From an uncultured Clostridia bacterium (GTDB lineage Bacteria; Bacillota; Clostridia; Christensenellales; UBA1242): a stretch of 64,000 nt of DNA. The translations under genes and the position numbers were made by a program. Where the stretch lies: NCBI GenBank assembly GCA_944376845.1, contig CALWDZ010000007.1, forward strand, positions 1,294-65,293, given 5' to 3'. Below, one piece after another: positions 7,148 to 16,462 of this stretch. The notes under the pieces were generated by a model, which was not told the DNA's origin, ran no database searches, and saw only the letters and a list, made by a program, of their open reading frames with translations. Every line of letters begins with the position of its first letter. Within the stretch, counting starts at the first letter, position 1.

Positions 7148-8365
7148 ATGTTATTAGAGGTATTGTTAAATGTATTAGCAGTAATCGGAATTATTGTTGT
7201 GGGTGGCTTTGTTGTTGTTTTCTTGGGTAACTTGCTACTCAACGTTCTTGACTCTGAATCAAGGTCAAAGAAAGATAAAAAAGAGGAGAATGAGGTTCAG
7301 CCAGAGCAAATTACATATTCTCAAGCACAAGCACAACCCCAACAACTCAATTATGTTGAACCAGAACCAGTAAATTCTGCAGAGTATACTGATGTTGATT
7401 TGCAAAAAGCAAATGAGGAAGAGGCTGCATTAAATGGTCAAAGCCTTGATGAAGCTTATGCAAGACTCAGAGCAGAAGAAGAAGCATTTAGACAAGAAAG
7501 AGAAAAGTTCATTGAAGAACAAAAGAAAGCACAAGAATCTGTTGAAAAACCAGCTGAAGAACCTGCTGAAACTGAAGAAGATGTTAAATCTGAAACAGAT
7601 GGAAGCGATGACATTGATCTTGATGATATTTTCTTTGACGAAGATGAAGAAATCGTAGAAGAACCACAAGAAGAAACAGAGGAAGAGTCAGAAGAGCCTG
7701 CTCCTGAAACAGAGGAAACTAAGGAAAACGCAGAAGAAACTGTTGATGAAGTAACTCCTATTGATGACGAAAGAGTTAAAGAACTTGAAGCAGAACTTGA
7801 AAAACAAAAAGCAGAACTAGAAGAATATAAACGTAGAGCACAGGAAGCAGAAGACAAACTTGGAGAAGAAACAACAGAAGTTCAAAGTGATGCAAATCTC
7901 ACACTTGAAGAATATGAACAAAGACTTGAAACATTAACACAAAGACTTAAAGATAATGATAAACAATTAAAATCTGTTAAGAAAGAATACTTGCCTCTTG
8001 CAAGAGTCAGAAAGAGCCTTGAGAATGACCAAAAGAAACTTCGTAGAAGAGAATCACTTGTTGCAAAACAAAGAGTTATCCTTTATGGAGTCAATAACTT
8101 TGGCGATATCGACGAAGAAAAGGCAAAGAAATTGGAAGAAGATCAAGAACTTTTAGATGGGCTTAAAGCAAGTGTTGCTCATTGTGAAGAAGTTCTTGAA
8201 AAGAATAAGGAAAGACTCCCAATTCTTGAAAATACCTACAATATTCTTGTTGAAAATAGTAACAACCTTAAAGCAGATATTGCAGAAACAAATGCAAAGA
8301 TTGAAGAACTTAAAAATGCTAATGCTGATGGTGATGCCGACAACACAGATACAGTTAACGAATAA
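7148..8365 (+). CDS. membrane-anchored, highly acidic coiled-coil protein (hypothetical)
   Basis: N-terminal TM helix (VLAVIGIIVVGGFVVVFLGNLLL), then a Glu/Asp-rich low-complexity region and heptad-like Glu/Lys/Leu repeats. No catalytic motif. Confidence 0.6.
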   Translation: MLLEVLLNVLAVIGIIVVGGFVVVFLGNLLLNVLDSESRSKKDKKEENEVQPEQITYSQAQAQPQQLNYVEPEPVNSAEYTDVDLQKANEEEAALNGQSLDEAYARLRAEEEAFRQEREKFIEEQKKAQESVEKPAEEPAETEEDVKSETDGSDDIDLDDIFFDEDEEIVEEPQEETEEESEEPAPETEETKENAEETVDEVTPIDDERVKELEAELEKQKAELEEYKRRAQEAEDKLGEETTEVQSDANLTLEEYEQRLETLTQRLKDNDKQLKSVKKEYLPLARVRKSLENDQKKLRRRESLVAKQRVILYGVNNFGDIDEEKAKKLEEDQELLDGLKASVAHCEEVLEKNKERLPILENTYNILVENSNNLKADIAETNAKIEELKNANADGDADNTDTVNE

Positions 8366-8380
8366 TAAAAACTTACAAAG

Positions 8381-8412
8381 AAGATTGTGATAAAAATTCA
8401 CAATCTTTTTTT
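8381..8412 (+). terminator. rho-independent terminator
   Basis: Hairpin AAGATTGTGA/TCACAATCTT followed by a T-run. Confidence 0.65.
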
Positions 8413-8469
8413 ATTGTACAAGCAAAATTCGACACATTTCAACATATAAATAATCTCAAAGGAGATTGT

Positions 8470-9162
8470 ATGATATTTGAAAATTTTGTGTTGTTTATGA
8501 ACAAAATACTTATGTTTTCTTCATACATAAACAATGCGCAAGGTTTTCCAAAGCCACTCAGTAGCGAAGAAGAACGTGAGTGTTTTGAAAAATTTAAGAA
8601 AGGTGATATGGCTGCCCGTGATAAACTTATAAACCATAATTTAAGGCTGGTTGCTCATATAGTAAAAAAATACTCTGGTAGTGGTGAAGCGGATGATTTA
8701 ATATCAGTAGGTTCAATAGGACTTATAAAAGCAATAAATTCATTTGAATATGGGAAAGGCACACAACTATCTACTTATGCTGCAAGGTGCATTGAAAATG
8801 AAATTTTGATGTTGCTTCGCCTAAATAAAAAGCACAAAAAAGTTTTTTCTTTGGAGGAAAGTCTTGGTCAGGACAAAGATGGCAATGATATTGAACTTGC
8901 CGACATTATTCCGTCTGGGGAAGAAGAAGTATTTAAAGTAGTTGAAAATAATATTTTAACTGAAAAAATAATTGATATAATTGATAAAAATTTAAGCGAA
9001 AGAGAAGCCAAAATAATTAAAATGCGATATGGTATAAATGGTACTCCTGCACTTACACAAAGAGAAGTGGCAGAGAAATTGGGCATCTCACGATCCTACA
9101 TTTCTAGGATAGAAACAAAAGCACTTGGGGTAATTAAAGAATATATGGGAGACATTTTTTAA
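8470..9162 (+). CDS. sigK: sporulation sigma factor SigK (pro-sigma-K, uninterrupted)
   Basis: The N-terminus FSSYINNAQGFPKPLSSEEE parallels B. subtilis pro-SigK (VSYVKNNAFPQPLSSSEE). Also NHNLRLVAHIVKKY, TYAARCIENEILM and region 4.2 LGISRSYISRIE. Confidence 0.85.
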   Translation: MIFENFVLFMNKILMFSSYINNAQGFPKPLSSEEERECFEKFKKGDMAARDKLINHNLRLVAHIVKKYSGSGEADDLISVGSIGLIKAINSFEYGKGTQLSTYAARCIENEILMLLRLNKKHKKVFSLEESLGQDKDGNDIELADIIPSGEEEVFKVVENNILTEKIIDIIDKNLSEREAKIIKMRYGINGTPALTQREVAEKLGISRSYISRIETKALGVIKEYMGDIF

Positions 9163-9238
9163 TAATATATTTTTTTTATTAAAAAAACCATTGTATTTTG
9201 TCAATAAATAATATATCATTAAATTAAAAGGGAATACA

Positions 9239-10597
9239 ATGACTAAAGAGGTTTTTATAAAATATGTCCAGGAACTAATTTTACCATTATTTACTGGGTC
9301 ACATATAGCAGGTGAAGATGTTTCAACGAATCGTGATAGTGAGGTCGCACAAGGTAATGGCGGTACTATGCTTGTTAAACCTCATAAAGAAGATGAATAT
9401 CGTTTGATTATCAAGCGAAGCCAGCCTTTTAAAAACATGGATATTGAACTGATGCATGCAATCATCGCAGAACTTGATAAAATAAATGAATATAACATTG
9501 AGGACGAAACATATAAGCAAAGGCTTCAAACACTCGCTATGGAAAAGGCAATTTGTAATTCGTTAACAGAAGTTTCTAGTAGTGTGCTTTTAGGTGTAAT
9601 ACAAGAACTTGACAGATGTGCTCGAAAGACTTATGAAGGTAAGAGAATTTCTTTTGGTATCGTTATAAATGAATATAACAATTGCCCCGAGCGAGTTGAA
9701 ACTTTATATTATTCAAATCTTTTCAAGAAGGACTTTTTTACCGTTATATCAAATGGTGTTCAAAGTTGCATAGAAATTGATAAGGAAGGATATCTCTTAG
9801 GTCATGTAATGTTTGAGAAATTGCGTTTTGCTCCAACTATATCACCATATGATTATATTGGGGTTGCTAAATATTGTAATGAAAAACGTATTGGTGTGAT
9901 TTTGCTAGAAGGCGGAGAGATACTTATATTTAAAAACCATGAACTTATGTATTGTAAAAAACGCGGTGTGTGGTGCAGTTATTGTCATGATGAGATAATC
10001 CAATTGCTTTCAAACCGCACGACCCATACTATAAAAGAGATACGCAAAGCAATATATTTTTCGGCACTTGATTGCTCTTTTGCTGGAAGTGGTGGTTGTC
10101 TTGCATATGTTAACAAAGATGAATTGGAAAATGCTTTAACTCATATTGATATAAACGATATAATGGATGAGAAATACTTCAATATAAAAAAGCAACAATT
10201 ACTTGAAGAAGCCCATAAATTGTACAATATGGATAAAAAACCGCCTATTGAAGAAGATATAACTTATCAAGATTATATCAAAACCAGAGAACTAACAAAA
10301 TCAAATGCACTTAAACAATGCATTGCAGAACAAAAATTTCATGAACTAAATAGAAAACTTAGGCAAGAACTTATTGCAATTGATGGTGCTACAATTATAG
10401 ATTACGATGGAACAATTATTGCTATTGGGGCAATAATTCAAATTGAAGCAGGTTCTTCTGGTGGAGGTCGACTTGCTGCCGCAAAGACTCTTGCAAAGTA
10501 TGGAGTTTCAATTAAAATATCAGCCGATGGCATAATGCAGGCGTTTATAAAAGATAGAAAAAATAACAAAGTAAAACCAATATTTGTAGTTGGCTAG
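9239..10597 (+). CDS. uncharacterised protein with a C-terminal DisA_N/DAC (diadenylate cyclase)-like core and a degenerate RHR motif
   Basis: The C-terminus IDGATIIDYDGTIIAIGAII...GGGRLAAAKTLAKYGVSIKISADGIMQAF is colinear with the DAC motifs DGA(V)II...GTRHRAA...VVSEETGxIS. The N-terminal ~350 aa are unassigned. It has its own promoter-like TTGTAT-17-TATCAT and an SD. Confidence 0.45.
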   Translation: MTKEVFIKYVQELILPLFTGSHIAGEDVSTNRDSEVAQGNGGTMLVKPHKEDEYRLIIKRSQPFKNMDIELMHAIIAELDKINEYNIEDETYKQRLQTLAMEKAICNSLTEVSSSVLLGVIQELDRCARKTYEGKRISFGIVINEYNNCPERVETLYYSNLFKKDFFTVISNGVQSCIEIDKEGYLLGHVMFEKLRFAPTISPYDYIGVAKYCNEKRIGVILLEGGEILIFKNHELMYCKKRGVWCSYCHDEIIQLLSNRTTHTIKEIRKAIYFSALDCSFAGSGGCLAYVNKDELENALTHIDINDIMDEKYFNIKKQQLLEEAHKLYNMDKKPPIEEDITYQDYIKTRELTKSNALKQCIAEQKFHELNRKLRQELIAIDGATIIDYDGTIIAIGAIIQIEAGSSGGGRLAAAKTLAKYGVSIKISADGIMQAFIKDRKNNKVKPIFVVG

Positions 10598-10599
10598 TG

Positions 10600-10628
10600 T
10601 TGACAAAAATTTAAAGTTATGTCATTAT
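10600..10628 (+). promoter_or_regulatory. sigma-A type promoter for rnpB
   Basis: TTGACA (10600-10605), 17-nt spacer, CATTAT. The predicted start site coincides with the P1 5' strand. Confidence 0.45.
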
Positions 10629-10633
10629 ATATT

Positions 10634-10980
10634 TGTAGTTAGCCAGATGATCGCAGTATAGTTGTTGTGACTATAATGAGGAAAGTCCGAGCCTCGTAGA
10701 ACAGGGTGCCAGTTAACTGCTGGTGAAGGTGACTTTAAGGAAAGTGCAACAGAAAATATACCGCCCACATTTTTGTGAGTAAGGTTGAAATGGAGGTGTA
10801 AGAGACCCCCGCATACTTGGTAACAAGTGTGGCATTGTAAACCCCACCTGAGGCAAGGTTAAAAAAGACAAATATGTTGTTCGCATCGTCTTTTAAAAAC
10901 ACCGCTTGATTGCAATGGAGACATTGTAACTAGATAGATGATCATCTAATACAGAACTCGGCTTATAGACTAACTACACT
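10634..10980 (+). ncRNA. rnpB: RNase P RNA
   Basis: Universal P4 sequence GAGGAAAGTCCGAGC, then AGGGTGCCAG...GGTGA...GGAAAGTGCAACAGAAA, the distal ACAGAACTCGGCTTATAG, and P1 pairing GTAGTTAG/CTAACTAC. Confidence 0.85.
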
Positions 10981-10988
10981 AAAATTTG

Positions 10989-11021
10989 GATATGTGACTA
11001 AGTGTTACATATCTTTTTTTT
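10989..11021 (+). terminator. rho-independent terminator after rnpB
   Basis: 10-bp hairpin GATATGTGAC/GTTACATATC (one G-U pair) followed by T8. Confidence 0.7.
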
Positions 11022-11036
11022 GTCAATAATCAATTT

Positions 11037-12437
11037 ATGATTTATTATGTGATATTATTGTTTGGTGTATTTTTAATAATTTTGAGATTTAAAAAATCAA
11101 AAAGTAAATTAAAAAAATGTATTCATTGTAAATTATCAAAAGTTAAAGGCATATTTTACACTCAAAAACTATGTTTAAATTGTCTGGAATATAAAAATTA
11201 TGATAATACATTAAAGCAGATAAAACTAATAGATAATATAATTTCATGTGCAAAATACGGCGCTCCAAAACTTTATAATGAAAATATAGATTTTTTAGCA
11301 TTAAAAAATTTTGGCATCGATATAACTATTCCAATCTTGTATTTTAAAAAATTTGATAGTGAAACATATAATGCTGTACAGATTGCAAAAACTTATTATA
11401 AGTTTAATGCTATTACTGATATTAGATTTAGCAATACGTCTTACCACGATATTCTTTATCTTGATAGCGAGTTTTCTATTATGTCGCTATACTGCAGCAT
11501 TATGGCACTTAATGTTTATGCAGAAGATAAGTTTAAAGTAATAAAAAATGATGACGATAAACTGACTACAAAGGTTAATAATCAAGCAATAACATATACC
11601 TATATTGAAAATAATAATTATCAAACATATCAGTTTTCAAACTCTGAAACTCATATTCAAATAAATCAATTCAATTTTGATGGCGAGTATAAAAAAATAA
11701 GCATACAAAATAAATCTTCTAAATCTATTAGTATAGATTTAGAGTTTATTTATGATTTAAATACAAGAAATTTATATTTTGAGAATACAAAAAGGCAATG
11801 TAAAATTGTTGATGTTGTAACAAAACAATTCAAATTTTTATTTTGTGATAAAAACATTGAAATTAATTATCAAGGTAGTAAATACCTTAATCCGCGTTTA
11901 CAAATAATTAAACATATTTATCTAAAAGGTATGCAAAATGCATCATTTAATTTATATTTTGGAAATACAATAATTGATAAAAATTACCTAGAAAATTCAA
12001 GTATTTATTATAAAAACAAAATAAAAGAAATGACAAATATTAAAATTAAATCATCAAACATAAAATTAAATTATTTATTTAATTATTATTTAAAACAACA
12101 TATTACTATAGTAAATTATTTACAAATAGATGCAATAGATATTGATGTTGTATATTCGCTTTATAAAAATAAAAAAATAAATGCAATTGATTTTTATATG
12201 TGGTTAAAAGAAAAATATTTGGGTATTAAAATATTTAAAGACAAATTAAAAATTGTTCCGATTTTTAAAGAAAATTTTGAATTTGAACTTAATATTAACA
12301 ATAAAAAAATTTGTGTTGCTGTATACAGTGGTGAAGAACAAAAGTGTATAAATATTGATGGTATAAAATATTGTAATATAAACATTATTCCTTTTTCTCA
12401 AATTTTAAATTGTAATAACTTAATTGTTTATGTCTAG
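11037..12437 (+). CDS. very A+T-rich hypothetical membrane-anchored protein with a CxxC...CxxC zinc ribbon
   Basis: 466-aa uninterrupted ORF. N-terminal TM (YYVILLFGVFLIILRF), then CIHC-x15-CLNC. Asn/Lys/Ile/Tyr-rich. No SD. The beta-sandwich-like strings are only weak hints. Confidence 0.55.
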   Translation: MIYYVILLFGVFLIILRFKKSKSKLKKCIHCKLSKVKGIFYTQKLCLNCLEYKNYDNTLKQIKLIDNIISCAKYGAPKLYNENIDFLALKNFGIDITIPILYFKKFDSETYNAVQIAKTYYKFNAITDIRFSNTSYHDILYLDSEFSIMSLYCSIMALNVYAEDKFKVIKNDDDKLTTKVNNQAITYTYIENNNYQTYQFSNSETHIQINQFNFDGEYKKISIQNKSSKSISIDLEFIYDLNTRNLYFENTKRQCKIVDVVTKQFKFLFCDKNIEINYQGSKYLNPRLQIIKHIYLKGMQNASFNLYFGNTIIDKNYLENSSIYYKNKIKEMTNIKIKSSNIKLNYLFNYYLKQHITIVNYLQIDAIDIDVVYSLYKNKKINAIDFYMWLKEKYLGIKIFKDKLKIVPIFKENFEFELNINNKKICVAVYSGEEQKCINIDGIKYCNINIIPFSQILNCNNLIVYV

Positions 12438-12505
12438 TGTTTAGCATATTAGGTTGCAAATTTATAATATGTGTGCTATCATAATCACAAATAGGAGATT
12501 ATAGT

Positions 12506-13753
12506 TTGGAGACCTTATTTGAAAATTTACACAATGACAAAAAACCACTTGCAGAGAGAATGCGTCCAAAGACATTAGATGACTTTGTTGGTCAAAAACA
12601 TATATTGGGACAGGGTAAACTTCTTCGTAGACTAATTGAAGCAAAACGTGTCCCTAGTGTTATATTTTATGGACCTCCAGGCACTGGCAAGACTACTCTG
12701 GCAAGAATTATTGCGGACACAAGCAATTCTAATTTTGTTAAACTTAACGCTATATCAAGTGGAGTCGCGGATGTAAAAGCGGTCATTGAAAAAGCAAAAA
12801 ATGATTTTGAACTCTATGGCAGAAAAACATATTTATTGCTTGATGAATGTCATAGGTGGAGCAAGGCGCAAAGTGATTCACTTCTTGCCGCACTTGAAAA
12901 TGGATACGTTATATTTGTAGGTTGCACTACAGAAAATCCAAGTTATAGTATGACAAGAGCAATAGTCTCAAGATGTTCTGTATTTGAGTTTAAAAGACTT
13001 GGTATACAAGATGTAAAAAATGTTTTAAATAGGGCAATTCAGCAAGATGAATTATTGAAAAGATATACCATAAAAATAGATGATGATGCTTTGACTTATT
13101 TTGCAAACGCTTGTGGAGGGGATGTTAGAAGTGCTTTGAATGGCCTTGAAATTGGCGTTATAACAACCAATGAAAACAAAAATGGAGAAATTGTCATAGA
13201 TAAAGAAATAGCAGCACAGTGTTTGCAGAAAAAAGCATTGAGTTTAAATGAGGATGTCTATTATCATCTTTTAAGTGCTTTTTGTAAAAGTCTTCGGGGA
13301 AGTGATTCAACGGCGGCATTATATTATGCTAATAGGTTGATTGAGGCAGGAATAGAACCACAAGTGCTAGCAAGAAGGACAATAGCACATGCTTCAGAAG
13401 ATGTAGGGCTATCTGCACCAAATGCATTACTACAGGCGTGTGCAAGTTTGTATGCACTAGACAATCTAGGCATGCCTGAAGGAAATTTGGCACTCACTCA
13501 AGCAATTATTTATGTATGTGAATCACCTAAAGATAATAGGGTTGTTGTCGCTATGAATATGGCACAAGATGATGCAAAAAATCATCCCGATGACAATATC
13601 CCTGAATATTTAAAAAATCATACAGAGGCAAGTAAAAATTATAAATATCCTCATGATTATGGTGGTTATGTTGAGCAACAATACTTGCCAAATTCATTAA
13701 AAGATAGAAAGTATTTTGTAAGAAAAAATAAAGGAGAAAATAATCAAAAATAG
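12506..13753 (+). CDS. rarA: replication-associated recombination protein A (AAA+ ATPase)
   Basis: PLAERMRPKTLDDFVGQ, Walker A GPPGTGKTT, DECHRW, and the C-terminal MgsA domain (ALYYANRL, PEYLKN). TTG start. Confidence 0.9.
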   Translation: METLFENLHNDKKPLAERMRPKTLDDFVGQKHILGQGKLLRRLIEAKRVPSVIFYGPPGTGKTTLARIIADTSNSNFVKLNAISSGVADVKAVIEKAKNDFELYGRKTYLLLDECHRWSKAQSDSLLAALENGYVIFVGCTTENPSYSMTRAIVSRCSVFEFKRLGIQDVKNVLNRAIQQDELLKRYTIKIDDDALTYFANACGGDVRSALNGLEIGVITTNENKNGEIVIDKEIAAQCLQKKALSLNEDVYYHLLSAFCKSLRGSDSTAALYYANRLIEAGIEPQVLARRTIAHASEDVGLSAPNALLQACASLYALDNLGMPEGNLALTQAIIYVCESPKDNRVVVAMNMAQDDAKNHPDDNIPEYLKNHTEASKNYKYPHDYGGYVEQQYLPNSLKDRKYFVRKNKGENNQK

Positions 13754-13774
13754 ATATTTTAAAGTTTATATAAA

Positions 13775-13800
13775 AACAGCAGTGGTTTTCCACTGCTGTT
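13775..13800. terminator. bidirectional terminator between rarA and the convergent GDPD gene
   Basis: Hairpin AACAGCAGTGG-TTTT-CCACTGCTGTT with flanking A/T runs. Confidence 0.65.
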
Positions 13801-14524
13801 ATATTTTTGGTTCAAAATTTTCAAAAATTACATTGTCACAATATTGTACAACTTTCATATACTCTTTTTGACTTCTTACAGTCCAGGCAATCAAAGGTAA
13901 AGATTTGTATTTTCTAACAAATCTATTTGGAAGGCGAGAGGCTTCATATGCTATAAAGTCAGGCTTTGCAATTTTGTTGAGTACCATTCTTTTAAGTGCA
14001 AATCTTTTAATAAACGCGAGTTTTTCCCCTTTAAAAAACCCAGCAAGTTGACCACGCAAAATATCTGGAGCATTATTTTTAAACCATTCCAAAACATATG
14101 GGTTAAATGATTCTATAGCATATTCTCCTTTATATGCACGAAGCATTTCCAACAATTTTGTTTCAAGTGCTCCAACTTTATTTGTGTTTTTTACTTCAAT
14201 CAAAAGTGGAACTTTGCCGTCGATTAAAGTTAAAACGTCTTCAAATGTTGGTATGGTATATTCAGTATCCGCCAAATGATAATTTTCAAGGTCAGATTTT
14301 GTGAGATTTTTTAAGTAACCATCTTTTCCAGTCATTCTAGATAAACTATCATCATGAAAAACAACCAAAGTTCCATCTGAAATTATATGAACATCAAGTT
14401 CAATAGGATAACCATTATTTATTGCATTTTGAAAAGCCCCAAGTGAATTTTCTGGGAATTCGTCATTGTGTAAACCGCGATGTGCAATACATCTTTCTAC
14501 AAGCCAAGATTTAAAAATATCCAT
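13799..14524 (-). CDS. glycerophosphodiester phosphodiesterase family protein (cytoplasmic UgpQ-like)
   Basis: IAHRGL...PENSLGAF..A...G..IELDVH...DG.LVVFHDD, characteristic of the GDPD domain. Confidence 0.85.
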   Translation of the reverse strand: MDIFKSWLVERCIAHRGLHNDEFPENSLGAFQNAINNGYPIELDVHIISDGTLVVFHDDSLSRMTGKDGYLKNLTKSDLENYHLADTEYTIPTFEDVLTLIDGKVPLLIEVKNTNKVGALETKLLEMLRAYKGEYAIESFNPYVLEWFKNNAPDILRGQLAGFFKGEKLAFIKRFALKRMVLNKIAKPDFIAYEASRLPNRFVRKYKSLPLIAWTVRSQKEYMKVVQYCDNVIFENFEPKI

Positions 14525-14653
14525 TATTATTCCTTTTTTATTAATATATCATAAATATAAAAAATGTGTCTACAAAATTTAATAAAATGTATTTTTTGAT
14601 TTGATTTTTTTTCGTTATTATATATACTAATCTTGCAAAGGAAATTAGACCTA

Positions 14654-16462
14654 ATGACTGAAAAATTAAAAAACATAAGAAATTTTTGTATAATCGCACA
14701 TATTGATCATGGGAAAAGCACGCTTGCGGATAGACTTATTGAAAAAACAGGAACTGTATCTTCTCGCGAGATGAGTGATCGAATATTAGATAGCATGGAT
14801 TTAGAGCGAGAAAGAGGCATTACCATTAAACTTACTCCAACTAGAATGTTCTACACATTAAATGGAGAAGAATATATTTTAAACCTTATAGATACTCCAG
14901 GACATGTGGACTTTACATATGAAGTTTCACGTTCGCTCGCAGCGTGCGAGGGCGCTATTTTGATTGTTGACGCTTCGCAAGGTGTTGAGGCTCAAACAAT
15001 AGCAAATACTTATCTTGCAATAGATAATAACCTTGAAATTTTACCTGTTATAAATAAAATTGATTTACCTAGTGCCGATGTGGAGAAATGTAGAAAAGAG
15101 ATAGAGGATGTTCTTGGGATATATGCCGAAGATTGTCCTGCAATTTCAGCAAAAGATGGTATAAATATTGATGAAGTGCTTAAACAAATAGTTGAAAAAA
15201 TCCCAGCACCAAGAGGAGAGATAGAAGCCCCACTTAAAGCACTTATATTTGATAGTCTATACGATAATTTTAAAGGGGCAATTTGTTTTGTTCGTATTTT
15301 TGATGGCAAAGTTAAAGTCGGCGATAAAATAAAAATGATGAAAGTTGACAAAACTTATGAGGTTACTGAGGTAGGCGTGTTCACTCCCAAAATGCAGCCA
15401 AAAGAAATACTTTGTTGTGGGGATGTTGGCTATATTTGTGCAAGTATTAAAAATCTTTCCGATACAAAAGTCGGTGATACAATAACTAATGCAGATAACC
15501 CAACGAAAGAGCCATTACCTGGATATAAAGATGTTCAGCCGGTTGTGTTTAGTGGTATTTTTCCAGTTGATGGAGCAAAATATCAAGACCTTAAAGATGC
15601 TCTTGAAAAGTTGAAACTCAATGATGCCAGTCTAAAATTTTCACCTGAAACATCTGTTGCTCTTGGTTTTGGTTTTAGGTGTGGATTTTTGGGACTTTTG
15701 CATATGGAAATAATTACCGAAAGACTTGAAAGGGAATTTGGCCTTGATATCATAACCACAGCACCTAGCGTTTCTTATAATGTTTATAAGACAAATGGTG
15801 AAATGGTAGAGGTAAGCAATCCATCTATGCTTCCGCCGCCTGCGGAAATTGAAAGAATTGAAGAACCTATGATAAAACTAGATGTCTATACTCCACCAAA
15901 CTACGTTGGTGCTGTAATGGAACTTTGTCAAGATAAACGTGGTGAGTTTGTTGATATGCAATACTTAGAAAAAACCCGTGTAGTGCTAAAATATCATATG
16001 CCTCTCGCTGAGATGATTTATGACTTTTTTGATAGCCTTAAAAGTCGTACAAAAGGATATGCAAGTCTAGATTATGAAGTATACGGTTTTGCTCCAAGTG
16101 AACTTGTTAGACTTGACATAATGTTAAATGGAGAACCATGTGATGCACTTAGCATGATTATTCATAAAGATAAGGCTTATGCTCGTGGTAGACAAATTGC
16201 CGAAAAACTTAAAATAATTATTCCAAGGCAACTTTTTGAGGTGCCAATTCAGGCTTGCATAGGGGGTAAGATAATTGCAAGAGAAACAGTAAGTGCAATG
16301 AGAAAAGATGTTTTGGCTAAATGTTATGGTGGAGATATTTCAAGAAAGCGTAAACTTCTTGAAAAGCAAAAAGCGGGCAAAAAGCGTATGCGTCAATTTG
16401 GCTCTGTGGAACTTCCTGCCGAAACATTTATCAGCATACTAAAAACCGACGACAATGATTGA
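14654..16462 (+). CDS. lepA: translation elongation factor 4
   Basis: [33 protein letters not shown], and the LepA C-terminal domain ([24 protein letters not shown]). ATG 14654 is preferred over the ORF-track TTG 14633. Confidence 0.93.
   Translation: MTEKLKNIRNFCIIAHIDHGKSTLADRLIEKTGTVSSREMSDRILDSMDLERERGITIKLTPTRMFYTLNGEEYILNLIDTPGHVDFTYEVSRSLAACEGAILIVDASQGVEAQTIANTYLAIDNNLEILPVINKIDLPSADVEKCRKEIEDVLGIYAEDCPAISAKDGINIDEVLKQIVEKIPAPRGEIEAPLKALIFDSLYDNFKGAICFVRIFDGKVKVGDKIKMMKVDKTYEVTEVGVFTPKMQPKEILCCGDVGYICASIKNLSDTKVGDTITNADNPTKEPLPGYKDVQPVVFSGIFPVDGAKYQDLKDALEKLKLNDASLKFSPETSVALGFGFRCGFLGLLHMEIITERLEREFGLDIITTAPSVSYNVYKTNGEMVEVSNPSMLPPPAEIERIEEPMIKLDVYTPPNYVGAVMELCQDKRGEFVDMQYLEKTRVVLKYHMPLAEMIYDFFDSLKSRTKGYASLDYEVYGFAPSELVRLDIMLNGEPCDALSMIIHKDKAYARGRQIAEKLKIIIPRQLFEVPIQACIGGKIIARETVSAMRKDVLAKCYGGDISRKRKLLEKQKAGKKRMRQFGSVELPAETFISILKTDDND

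Noticed and set aside
7430-7857. Antisense and alternate-frame ORFs inside the acidic protein gene (for example the 133-aa Ser-rich ORF at 7456-7857 on the minus strand).
   Set aside because: They are the reverse or shifted reading of GAA/GAG-rich repeats. They are low-complexity, have no SD, and are fully nested in a longer and better-supported ORF.
8413-8469. Possible mother-cell (sigma-E/sigma-K) promoter upstream of sigK, based on CATATAAAT.
   Set aside because: It does not fit CATACAnT or CATAnnnTA when aligned base by base, and no AC/ATA element sits at the correct -35 spacing.
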